This document shows, piece by piece, positions 9,459 through 18,513 of a stretch of DNA of 64,000 nucleotides. This DNA comes from Kofleriaceae bacterium (lineage in GTDB: Bacteria; Myxococcota_A; Polyangia; Haliangiales; Haliangiaceae). The notes below the pieces were generated by a model. It had not been told where the DNA came from. It was given only the letters and a program-made list of their open reading frames with translations, and searched no databases. Every line of letters starts with the position of its first letter. Positions within the stretch are counted from its first letter, which is position 1. Made by a program: the position numbers and the translations under genes. Location of the stretch: the NCBI GenBank assembly GCA_046597055.1, contig JBKJLC010000058.1, forward strand, positions 17,649-81,648. The letters run 5' to 3'.

Positions 9459-12400
9459 TGCGTCGTCTCGCCTCCCCCGCCACCCGCGTCATGACCCGGC
9501 TCCTCGGGCTGGCGGTCGTCCTCGGGCTCGACCTCGGCGGGGCCCGGGCCCAGCCGGCCCCGCCTGCGGTGCCGGTCGCGCCGGTCGAGACCGGGGCCGC
9601 GGTACCCGAGCTGATCCCGCCGGCGCCGCCGCCGCCACAGTGGAGCGCGTGGGAGATCGCGGGGGTGTTGATCGATCCGCCCGAGCGCCTGCGCGCGATG
9701 CTCGAGCCCGAGCTGCGCCAGCGCCGGTCGCTGACCCCGACCGCGCGCACCGAGCTGGCCGCGATCGTCCGGCGGCTCGGCTACGCGCTCGACCTGCAGA
9801 CCCGGCCCGCGACCCAGGGCGGCGTGCGGGTCACGTTGGTGCTCGATCCGATCGTGGTGGTCCGCTGGATCGACGTGCGGCTCAAGCAGCGGTTGCTGGA
9901 CGTGCTGCTCGACGACGAGATCCGGCGCCGGCTGCAGCTCCGGGCCGGCGCCGGGCTGCCGCCCGACCCGATCGTGCGCAAGGCGCTGATCGACGACGAC
10001 ATCAAGCGAGCCACCGCGTTCCTGCGCGACGAGGGCTTCTTCGAAGCCACCGTGGTGATCGCCGTCGAGCGCGTCGGTGCCTACGGCGCCGAGGTCCTGG
10101 TCGCGGTCGACCTGGGGCCCAGCTACCGGCTCGGCCGGGTCCGGGTCGTCAACCAGACCGCGGCGACCGATCTGGCGGTGACCGAGGCCGAGATCGGCGC
10201 GGCGTTCGATCGCGGCAGCGCGTGCTTCTGGGGCCGGTGCCGCTTCACCCGCAGCCAGTTCCAGGAGGATCTCGCCGAGGTGGCCGCGCTGTTCCAGCGC
10301 CGCGGGTATCCGTCGGTGCGGGTCGAGAGTGACTTCAACCCGCTGTGGTCGTTCGATCGCCGCCGCGAGCGGGTCGATGTCACGGTCTCGATCGACCAGC
10401 GCCAGAAGCTCGACATCGTGTTCGAGGGCAACGACACCGCGCTGTTCCCCGACGACGAGCTCCAGAAGCAGCTCACCTTCGCGGACGCCGGCGCCGCCGA
10501 CGACTACGAGGTGACCGGGTCAGCCCGCGCGCTCGAGAGCTTCTACCAGTCGCGCGGCTACTTCGACGTCATCGTCACCAGCGAGCGGGTCCGGCTCGAC
10601 GGCTTCGAGCGCGTGGTCTACCGGATCGAGCCGGGCCAGCAGCGCACGACCCGGTCGGTCGAGATCGCCTGCCGCGCCGACGACGGCGTCCGGCGCTGCT
10701 CGGTGCCGGTGTCCGGCCTGCTCGAGACGGTCGCCACCGAGCCGGGCGGTCGCGCGCTGTCTGGCCAGCTCACCGCCGACGTGGCAGCGCTCGAGCAGGT
10801 CTACCGCGGCCAGGGCTTCCAGCGCGCGACCGTCACGGTCGCGGTCGCGCCGACCCCGGCCGGCTGGCGGGCCGCCGCGATCGCCGCGGCTCAGGCGGTG
10901 GCCGAGCAGCGCCCGCGCGATCTCCACGTCCGGTTCGTGGTCGACGAGGGCCCGCGCACCGTGATCGAGGCGGTCCACGTGGTGTTCGAGGGCCAGGCCG
11001 CGGGTCGGGCCAGCATCGCCGACGAGGAGCAGGTGCGGCGCCGGCTCGGGATCGCGCCGGGCGACGACCACGTCCCCGCCAAGCTGGCCGGGGCCGCCAA
11101 GGAGCTCGAGGGCTGGTACCGCGGGCTGGGCCGGCCCCACGCGCGGGTGACGATCGCGGAGCCCATCGCGGGCCGCGGCGTCAACACCGTGGTGCTGACG
11201 GTCACGGTCGAAGAGCGCCACGAGGTGCGGATGGGCGAGCTGATCATCCGAGGCAACTTCCGGACCCGCGAGTGGGTCGTGCGCGACGAGCTCGGCATCG
11301 TGCCGGGCTCGCTGGTGACCGACGACGTCATCGCCGGCGCGCCGCGCCGCCTGCGCGCGACCAACCTGTTCAACTCGGTCGAGGTCGAGCTGATCGGCTT
11401 CGAGGACGACCGGGCCCGCGACGTCGTCCACGGCGTGGTCCAGGTGGTCGAGCGCCAGGACGCGTTCGAAGAGCTCGAGCTCGAGCTGGGGTACTCGCTC
11501 GAGAACGGCGGGTTCGTGCGGGCCCGGCCGATCGTGCCCAACCTCGGCGGCGTCGGCATCCGGTTCGAGACCGCGCTCACGATGGGCACCCAGTACCAGG
11601 CGGTCGAGGGCTTGGCCCGGATCCCGCGCTGGATCGCGCGACGCTACCTCGGCGCAACCTTCGACACCGAGCTGGTCGGCTACGTCCGCAACCAGCTGAC
11701 CGAGCGGTTCGGCGAGCTGTTCACGGCCGGCGCGTCGATCGCGGCGTTGCGCAGCTGGAACCGGCCGCGCACCGACAGCCAGGGCGCCCGGCTGGTCACC
11801 GCAGCCTTGCGCTACGACTTCCGCCTGCGCAGCCGCGACGAGGAGCTGGTGCGCCCGCCCGGCCTGGCCGGGGATCTGACCACCAACCCGATCCGGACCC
11901 GGACCGGCACGGTGGGCCTCACCCTGACCTGGGACCAGCGGCGCGGCCTCGATGGCAACCTCAACCCGCTGGCGCCCCACCACGGGTTCCGGCTCGAGGC
12001 CGGCGCCGCGATCGCCAGCCCGTACCTCCTCGGCCAGGACACCTTCGTCAAGGTCAACGGGCTCGGCCAGGCGCTGACCACCCACGGCCGCCTGCAGCTC
12101 CGGGCCGATGTCCGGTTCGACCAGGGCTTCCCGCTGCGCGGCAGCGTGCTGCTGCCCGAGGTCGAGCGGTACTTCGCTGGCGGTGACGACACCGTGCGCG
12201 GCTTCGAGGAGGACCGGTTGGCGACCGAGATCATCGAGCATCCGGTCCCGCCCCTCGGTGAAACCACCCAGATCCGGGTCCTGCCGGCCGGCGGCAACAT
12301 CCGCGCGCTGGCCTCGGTCGACGCCCAGCTGACGGTGTGGAAGGTCGGCAGCTTCCCGATCGCCTCGGCGCTGTTCGTCGACGCCGGCGTGATCACCAAC

Positions 12401-12568
12401 CTGTGGACCTCGTTCAGTCCCGACGACATCCGGCCGGCCGCGGGCTCGGCGGTGCGCCTGCTCCTGCCCATCGGTGCCGCCTCGGTCGAGTACGCGGTGC
12501 CCCTGGAGCCCCGAAAAGGCGACAATCCGCGGGGTCGGCTCCATCTGGCGCTCGCCCTCCGGTATTGA
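9458..12568 (+). CDS. Omp85-family (TamA/BamA-like) outer membrane protein with multiple POTRA domains
   Basis: POTRA motifs (LRDEGFFEA, YQSRGYF, IIRGNFRTREWVV), lid-lock ERYFAGGDDTVRGF and a C-terminal aromatic residue (LRY). Confidence 0.9.
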   Translation: MRRLASPATRVMTRLLGLAVVLGLDLGGARAQPAPPAVPVAPVETGAAVPELIPPAPPPPQWSAWEIAGVLIDPPERLRAMLEPELRQRRSLTPTARTELAAIVRRLGYALDLQTRPATQGGVRVTLVLDPIVVVRWIDVRLKQRLLDVLLDDEIRRRLQLRAGAGLPPDPIVRKALIDDDIKRATAFLRDEGFFEATVVIAVERVGAYGAEVLVAVDLGPSYRLGRVRVVNQTAATDLAVTEAEIGAAFDRGSACFWGRCRFTRSQFQEDLAEVAALFQRRGYPSVRVESDFNPLWSFDRRRERVDVTVSIDQRQKLDIVFEGNDTALFPDDELQKQLTFADAGAADDYEVTGSARALESFYQSRGYFDVIVTSERVRLDGFERVVYRIEPGQQRTTRSVEIACRADDGVRRCSVPVSGLLETVATEPGGRALSGQLTADVAALEQVYRGQGFQRATVTVAVAPTPAGWRAAAIAAAQAVAEQRPRDLHVRFVVDEGPRTVIEAVHVVFEGQAAGRASIADEEQVRRRLGIAPGDDHVPAKLAGAAKELEGWYRGLGRPHARVTIAEPIAGRGVNTVVLTVTVEERHEVRMGELIIRGNFRTREWVVRDELGIVPGSLVTDDVIAGAPRRLRATNLFNSVEVELIGFEDDRARDVVHGVVQVVERQDAFEELELELGYSLENGGFVRARPIVPNLGGVGIRFETALTMGTQYQAVEGLARIPRWIARRYLGATFDTELVGYVRNQLTERFGELFTAGASIAALRSWNRPRTDSQGARLVTAALRYDFRLRSRDEELVRPPGLAGDLTTNPIRTRTGTVGLTLTWDQRRGLDGNLNPLAPHHGFRLEAGAAIASPYLLGQDTFVKVNGLGQALTTHGRLQLRADVRFDQGFPLRGSVLLPEVERYFAGGDDTVRGFEEDRLATEIIEHPVPPLGETTQIRVLPAGGNIRALASVDAQLTVWKVGSFPIASALFVDAGVITNLWTSFSPDDIRPAAGSAVRLLLPIGAASVEYAVPLEPRKGDNPRGRLHLALALRY

Positions 12569-12619
12569 CGCCGGCGCCGGGGCTTGCCAATACTCCGCGC
12601 TTCCCCAAGGAGCTACAGC

Positions 12620-12766
12620 ATGGCCCGTCGTGACAGTCGCCGTTCGTTGAAGATGCGCCGCCGCAAGAGCCAGAACAAGCTCAAGGCCCGCATCAAGCGC
12701 AAGATCCAGGTCGCGAAGGCGGCGTCCGCGAAGAAGCCCGCGCCCGCGCCCACCAAGAAGAAGTAG
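12620..12766 (+). CDS. 48-aa highly basic small protein
   Basis: AAGGAG RBS ahead of ATG 12620 and strong codon bias (AAG/CGC). Sequence MARRDSRRSLKMRRRKSQNKLKARIKRK... Confidence 0.8.
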   Translation: MARRDSRRSLKMRRRKSQNKLKARIKRKIQVAKAASAKKPAPAPTKKK

Positions 12767-12769
12767 TCG

Positions 12770-13258
<489 letters not shown>

Positions 13259-13283
13259 CGCCCCACAAGCCCCCGGTGAACCC

Positions 13284-14069
13284 GTGACGATCACAATGGA
13301 CCTGTCGGCCTGGGGGCACCTCGAGGTCACCGGCTCCGATCGCGTACGCTTCCTGCAGGGCCTGACCACGATCAACGTCGGCGCGCTGCCGCCCGGCGGC
13401 CACGGCTGGGGCGCGATCCTCTCGCCCAAGGGCCGCGTGCTCTCGGTGGTCGAGGCGACGGTGGAGCCCGAGCGCGTGCTCCTCCACTGCGAGCCGGGGC
13501 TGGTCGACAAGACCCTCGCGCTGCTGGAGCGCTACGCCGTGATGGACGACGTGGTCTCGCGCGCGCTCGAGCTCACCGCCTACAAGCAGTGGACCTCGCC
13601 CACCGACGCATGGACCGCGCCGGTCGTGCTCGCGCCGCTGCCGGGCCCGGCCTCGTCGGCCGCCGCGCTCGAGATCGCGCGGGTCGAGGCCGGCATCCCG
13701 CGCTACGGCCAGGACGTCGACGAGGAGGTCTTCCCGTTCGAGACCCCGCTCGGCCGCTTCCTCGACTACGAGAAGGGCTGCTACATCGGCCAGGAGCCCG
13801 TCTTCCGCGTCCACGCCCAGGGCAAGGCCGCCCGCACCCTGCGCGGCCTCCTGATCTCCGGTGACACCCCCCTCGCGCGCGGCGACACCCTCTCGCACCC
13901 GACGCGCCCCATCGCCGGCACCGTCACCTCCGCCGTCGTCTCCCCCCGGCTCGGCCCGATTGCCCTCGCCTTCCTGCACCGCACCGTCTGGGACGCTGGC
14001 GGCGAGCTCACCGTCACCGCCGACGGCCGCACCGCCCACGTCGTCGACCTGCCGTTCTCGGCCGGCTGA
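13284..14069 (+). CDS. ygfZ: YgfZ/GcvT-family folate-binding protein
   Basis: [22 protein letters not shown] and the signature KGCYIGQE. Confidence 0.9.
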   Translation: MTITMDLSAWGHLEVTGSDRVRFLQGLTTINVGALPPGGHGWGAILSPKGRVLSVVEATVEPERVLLHCEPGLVDKTLALLERYAVMDDVVSRALELTAYKQWTSPTDAWTAPVVLAPLPGPASSAAALEIARVEAGIPRYGQDVDEEVFPFETPLGRFLDYEKGCYIGQEPVFRVHAQGKAARTLRGLLISGDTPLARGDTLSHPTRPIAGTVTSAVVSPRLGPIALAFLHRTVWDAGGELTVTADGRTAHVVDLPFSAG

Positions 14070-14085
14070 GCGGGCCCGCGCCCGC

Positions 14086-14106
14086 CCCGGGCTGCCGGGA
14101 ATTTTT
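14086..14106 (+). terminator. Intrinsic terminator after ygfZ
   Basis: CCCGG-GCTG-CCGGG hairpin followed by AATTTTT. Confidence 0.55.
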
Positions 14107-14149
14107 GCTCCGGCCGCGGTGCACAGCTGCCGCTCCGGCCGGCTCTCAA

Positions 14150-14577
14150 CTCCGGCTCCGGCTCCGGCTCCAGCTCCGGCTCCGGCCCTCGGCTCCGGCT
14201 CCAGCCTTCGGCTCCGGATCCAGCCTTCGGCTCCAGGCGTCGGCTCCGGCGTTCGTTCGCTCGCTCGCTCGCGCCCCACGCGCCCCAACGCGCACGCGCC
14301 GTGACAGGGCCAACCACACTCCCCATCGCCCCGTTGCCCTGGCGCGGTGCGATGCGCGGAGGGCGCGGGGCGCGAGCGAACGAACGGCGCCCCAACGAAC
14401 ACCGCCTCGACGCGCGCGCACCGATGCTCGCCGCAACTCTTCCGTCGTGACACTGTCCGCACCCCGGACAAGCGCAGCACCGAAGCTGGAGCCGGAGCCG
14501 CCGGCTGGAGCCGGAGCCGCCGGCCGGAGCCGGAGCCGGAGCCGCCGGCCGGAGCCGGAGCCGGCCGCCGCCGGAGC
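14150..14577. repeat. Inverted hexamer microsatellite element enclosing a long hairpin
   Basis: (CTCCGG)n-type array at 14150-14249, complementary (GGAGCC)n array at 14485-14577, and an imperfect ~137-nt inverted repeat at 14250-14386. Confidence 0.85.
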
Positions 14578-14610
14578 TCGCCAGAACCCTCGTGCTACCG
14601 TCTGCTCTTC

Positions 14611-15918
14611 GTGCCTCACCGCACATCTCTCCTCGCCGCAGCCGTCGCCGTCGCCGTCACCGTCAGCGCGTGCAGCGACACCCCGCCGATCGAAGGAGAT
14701 CCTTTCCCGATCCTCCTCGACCGTGCCGACGGCGCCTTCCTCATCGACCTCCGCGAAGGCGACTCCGTCCGCCGCGCCGTCATCGACGTGCTCTCTCCCC
14801 TGACCGTCTTCGACCCCGGCCCCAACGTCCCCGCCCGCCGCCGCGCCGCCACCTTCAGCCTCCTCGGCCACCGGTCCGACACCGATCCATCCCTCGTCGC
14901 CCGCGCCCGGCTGAGCACCACCGTCCTCGGCCTTCATCCCTGCGCGTCGCCCGATCCCGCCGAGCCCACGCCCTGCACGGTCGGCGATCCCGACGCGCCC
15001 ACCACGATCGACGCCATCCTCGGCGCCGACGCCCTGCGCGGCGCGGCCATCCGCTTCGACCCGTCCGCCGACCGCATCGCCATCCTCCCTGACATCGCCG
15101 GCAGCGGCGAGGCCCGCGATCGCGCCTGCGACGCCGAAGTCCCTCGCCCCTTCTACGGCGGCGGCAACATGCTCATCGGCGGCACCGTGCTCCGCTTCGA
15201 CGGGCTGCGCATCGCGCTCGGCGTGTGCCTCTCGCACGATCCCGACGCGACCACCGCCGAACAGCGCGGCACCGACACCGCCCTCGTGCTGTCGACCGGC
15301 ATCGGCATCTCGATCCTCGGCGAGACGCGCTACGAGGCGTGGCGCCGCATCAGCGGCGGTCCGGCCCTCGCCGACCTACCGCGGGCCGCGGCGCTGCTGC
15401 CGTCGGGACGGGTCGACGGCCGGCTGGCCCGCATCGACCGGCTCGCCATCGTCGGCACCTCGACCGCCCCGCGCGGCGCCTGTCGCGAGGTGTTCGCGCA
15501 CCACTTCCTCACCCAGCGCGACTGCGTCGCCGAGGACACCGACTGCCCGTGCACCGACGAGGACGACGGCTGCGCCGCCGCCGCGATCCTCGAGCTCGCA
15601 CCACCGGCGCCGATCGAGGCGGTGGTCGTCAGCGACGAGCATCCGTTGCTGCAGGCGCTCCGCGCCGAGCTGCGGCCCGACCAGCCCGAGATCGACGGCA
15701 TCCTCGGCGTCGACGCGCTCGCCACCGCGCAGTTCGACGTCGACTATCCCAACAACCGGCTGCTGCTGCGCTGCGTGGGCGCCGGCTGCGTCGCACGGCC
15801 TTCGTTCCGCGAGAGCGCCGACCGGACCAACATCGAGCGCTGCCTGGCGGCGGCCCCGCCGCCGACGACCGATGCCGGGGTCGCCGACGGCGGCCCCGAC
15901 GCCGCCCCGGTCCCGTGA
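14611..15918 (+). CDS. Lipoprotein with two retropepsin-like aspartyl-protease lobes (degenerate active site)
   Basis: Lipobox VSAC. Lobe motifs AVIDVLS...DAILGADAL and LVLSTG...DGILGVDAL...DYPNNRL. GTG 14611 lies 9 nt after TG-C-TACCGT. Confidence 0.65.
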   Translation: MPHRTSLLAAAVAVAVTVSACSDTPPIEGDPFPILLDRADGAFLIDLREGDSVRRAVIDVLSPLTVFDPGPNVPARRRAATFSLLGHRSDTDPSLVARARLSTTVLGLHPCASPDPAEPTPCTVGDPDAPTTIDAILGADALRGAAIRFDPSADRIAILPDIAGSGEARDRACDAEVPRPFYGGGNMLIGGTVLRFDGLRIALGVCLSHDPDATTAEQRGTDTALVLSTGIGISILGETRYEAWRRISGGPALADLPRAAALLPSGRVDGRLARIDRLAIVGTSTAPRGACREVFAHHFLTQRDCVAEDTDCPCTDEDDGCAAAAILELAPPAPIEAVVVSDEHPLLQALRAELRPDQPEIDGILGVDALATAQFDVDYPNNRLLLRCVGAGCVARPSFRESADRTNIERCLAAAPPPTTDAGVADGGPDAAPVP

Positions 15919-15933
15919 TACGCTGACCGCCGC

Positions 15934-16596
15934 TTGGACTGGGACCCACTGTTCCTCTCGCTCGAGGCGGCCTCGATCGCGACGGTGGTGGCCGGCCTCG
16001 TCGGTATCGGCCTGGGCGCGCTGCTGGCGTGGCCGCGGACGCCGGGCCGCGATCTGCTGGACGCGCTGCTGGCCGCGCCGCTGGTGATGCCGCCGACCGT
16101 GCTGGGCTACTACGTCCTGGTCTCGGTCGGTCGCAAGAGCTTCGTCGGCGGGTTGTGGCGCGACCTGTTCGGTGACGATCTGACCTTCACGTTCACCGGC
16201 GTGGTGCTCGCCGCCAGCCTGGGCGCGTTCCCCATGATCGTGAAGGCGGCCCGCACCGCGTTCCAGGGCATCGATCCGACGCTGGTCGCCGCTGCCCGCA
16301 CGCTCGGCGCCGGCCCGGTCCGCGCGTTCTTCACCGTGTCGTTGCCGCTGGCGGCGCCCGGGCTGATCTCCGGCCTGATGCTCGGGTTCGCCCGCGGGCT
16401 CGGCGACTTCGGCGTCACCCTCATGATCGCCGGCGACATCCCGGGCGAGACCCAGACCGCGCCGCTGGCCATCTACGATCACGTCCAGGCCGGCCGCGAG
16501 CGCGACGCCGCGATCATGTCGATCGTGCTCACCGTCGGCGCGGTGCTCGTCCTCTACGTGGTCAACGTGATCGCGCGCCGGCGGGAAGAGGCGTGA
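15934..16596 (+). CDS. modB: Molybdate ABC transporter permease
   Basis: PLVMPPTVLGYY, AARTLGA, FARGLGDFGVTLMIAGDIPGETQT. Confidence 0.95.
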   Translation: MDWDPLFLSLEAASIATVVAGLVGIGLGALLAWPRTPGRDLLDALLAAPLVMPPTVLGYYVLVSVGRKSFVGGLWRDLFGDDLTFTFTGVVLAASLGAFPMIVKAARTAFQGIDPTLVAAARTLGAGPVRAFFTVSLPLAAPGLISGLMLGFARGLGDFGVTLMIAGDIPGETQTAPLAIYDHVQAGRERDAAIMSIVLTVGAVLVLYVVNVIARRREEA

Positions 16597-17369
16597 GCGA
16601 CGCCGCGCAGCCGGTCGCCCTGTCGGTCCGCGCCACCGTCGCGCGGCGCGGGCCCGCGGGCGCCTTCGCGCTCGAGATCGACACCCAGTTCACGCCCGGG
16701 GTGACCTGCGTGATGGGTCCATCTGGCGCCGGCAAGAGCACGCTGCTCGGCGTGATCGCCGGCCTGGTGACCCCTGACCACGGCCGGGTCGTCCTGGGCG
16801 ACGAGGTCTGGCTCGACACCGCACGCAAGGTCCGGGTCCCGGTCCACCGTCGCCACGTCGCCTACCTGTTCCAGAGCCTCGCGCTGTTCCCGCACCTGAG
16901 CGCGATCCACAACGTCGAGTACTCCATGCCGCGGGGCACGCCGCGCGCCGCGCGCCACGAGCGCGCGCGCGGGTTGCTCGATCGGCTCGGCGTCGCCCAT
17001 CTCGCCCACCGGCGCCCGCGGACCTTCTCGGGTGGCGAGGCCCAGCGGGTCGCGCTCGCCCGCGCGCTCGCGATGGCGCCGCGCGTGATCTTGCTCGACG
17101 AGCCGTTCAGCGCGCTCGACCGCGAGCTCAAGATCCCGCTGATCGCGCTGGTCCGCGAGCTCGCACTCGAGACCGGGGTGCCCACGATCGCCGTGACCCA
17201 CTCGATCGGCGAGGCGCGCGCGCTGGCCGATCGCGTGGTTCGCGTCGCTGGCGGTCGCATCGCCGCGGACGGCCGCCCCGACCAGCTGCTGCCGGCGCGC
17301 TCGGTCCATCACGAGCCCGACGATCGCGCCCTCGAGATCACGCCCGCGCCGGTGCTGACCCGCCGGTAG
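16593..17369 (+). CDS. modC: Molybdate ABC transporter ATP-binding protein (short, no TOBE domain)
   Basis: Walker A GPSGAGKS, WLDT...RRHVAYLFQSLALFPHL, FSGGE, LLDEPFSALD. GTGA overlap with modB. Confidence 0.92.
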   Translation: MSDAAQPVALSVRATVARRGPAGAFALEIDTQFTPGVTCVMGPSGAGKSTLLGVIAGLVTPDHGRVVLGDEVWLDTARKVRVPVHRRHVAYLFQSLALFPHLSAIHNVEYSMPRGTPRAARHERARGLLDRLGVAHLAHRRPRTFSGGEAQRVALARALAMAPRVILLDEPFSALDRELKIPLIALVRELALETGVPTIAVTHSIGEARALADRVVRVAGGRIAADGRPDQLLPARSVHHEPDDRALEITPAPVLTRR

Positions 17370-17406
17370 CGGCTACGGCGGCACGTCGCTTGCTATCGCT
17401 GGAAGC

Positions 17407-17589
17407 ATGACGGAACCGAAGAAGCCCGAGAAGGATCGCGAGCCGCCCGCGGCGCCCACCCCTACCTCGGCGCGTGACGGCGTCGAGCCCTCGAAGGATC
17501 GCCCGAGTGGACCCGGCGATACCGGTCCCGGCAGCACCGCCGACCACGCGGTCGAGATCGACAAGGCCGAGCGCGACGCGCGCGACTAG
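17407..17589 (+). CDS. 60-aa hydrophilic hypothetical protein
   Basis: Fills the gap between modC and hbd with coding-like codon usage. No motif recognised. Confidence 0.45.
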   Translation: MTEPKKPEKDREPPAAPTPTSARDGVEPSKDRPSGPGDTGPGSTADHAVEIDKAERDARD

Positions 17590-17631
17590 GCGCGACCGCG
17601 ACCGGGCCTGGCCGCTCGCCGAGCGCGGTTG

Positions 17632-18513
17632 CTACAGCTTCTGGCCCTGCGGGTCGTACTGATAGAACCCGCGGCCCGCCTTGCGGCCGACCCAGCCCGC
17701 GGCGACGTGTTGACGGAGCAGCGGGCACGGCCGGTACTTGCCGTCGCCCAGCTCGCGATGGAGCACCTCGGCGATCGCGAGCACGGTGTCGAGGCCGATC
17801 AGATCGGCCAGCTCGAGCGGGCCCATCGGATGGTTGAGGCCGAGCTTCACGCCGGTGTCGATGTCGCCGGCCGTGCCCAGGCCCTCGTAAAGCGCGTAGC
17901 AGGCCTCGTTCAGCAGCGGGATCAGCACCCGGTTGACGATGAAGCCCGGGATGTCGCGAGCCGCGATCGTGGTCTTGCCGAACTGCTCGGCCAGCGCGAT
18001 CGTCGTGCGGTAGGTCGCGTCCGAGGTCGGCAGGCCGCGCACGATCTCGACCAGCTTCATCAGCGGGACCGGGTTCATGAAGTGCATGCCGATCACGCGA
18101 TCGGGGCGCCCCGACGCCGCGGCCAGCTTGGTGATCGAGATCGACGACGTGTTCGACGCCAGGATCGCGTCGGGCCGCACGACCTGGCCCAGGCTCTTGA
18201 AGATGCCGAGCTTGAGCGGCTCGCTCTCGGGCGCCGCCTCGATCACGAAGTCGCGATCGGCGAGGTCGGCGTGGGCGCCCCCCGACGACAGCCGCGCCAG
18301 GGTCTGGTCGCGCAGGTCGCCCGCGAGCTTGCCGCGCTCGACCAGGCGATCGAGGGTGCGCTTGAGCTTACCGATCGCGCCGGCGGCGAGCTCGGGCGTG
18401 ACGTCGACCAGCATCACGTCGAGGCCGGCCTGCGCCGCGACCTGGGCGATGCCCTGCCCCATCTGGCCGCCCCCGACCACGCCGAGCCGGGTCACCGCCA
18501 GGGCCACCGTCAC
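17632..18513 (-). CDS. hbd: 3-hydroxybutyryl-CoA dehydrogenase
   Basis: GGGQMGQGIAQV, LASNTSSISIT, GMHFMNP, GFIVNR, HPMGPLEL. GTG 18513 overlaps the thiolase stop. Confidence 0.95.
   Translation of the reverse strand: MTVALAVTRLGVVGGGQMGQGIAQVAAQAGLDVMLVDVTPELAAGAIGKLKRTLDRLVERGKLAGDLRDQTLARLSSGGAHADLADRDFVIEAAPESEPLKLGIFKSLGQVVRPDAILASNTSSISITKLAAASGRPDRVIGMHFMNPVPLMKLVEIVRGLPTSDATYRTTIALAEQFGKTTIAARDIPGFIVNRVLIPLLNEACYALYEGLGTAGDIDTGVKLGLNHPMGPLELADLIGLDTVLAIAEVLHRELGDGKYRPCPLLRQHVAAGWVGRKAGRGFYQYDPQGQKL

Noticed and set aside
14150..14577. Possible CRISPR array or (PE)n/(GA)n-coding ORFs in the hexamer repeats
   Set aside because: No constant repeat with unique spacers and no cas genes. 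The ORFs across it lack coding bias.
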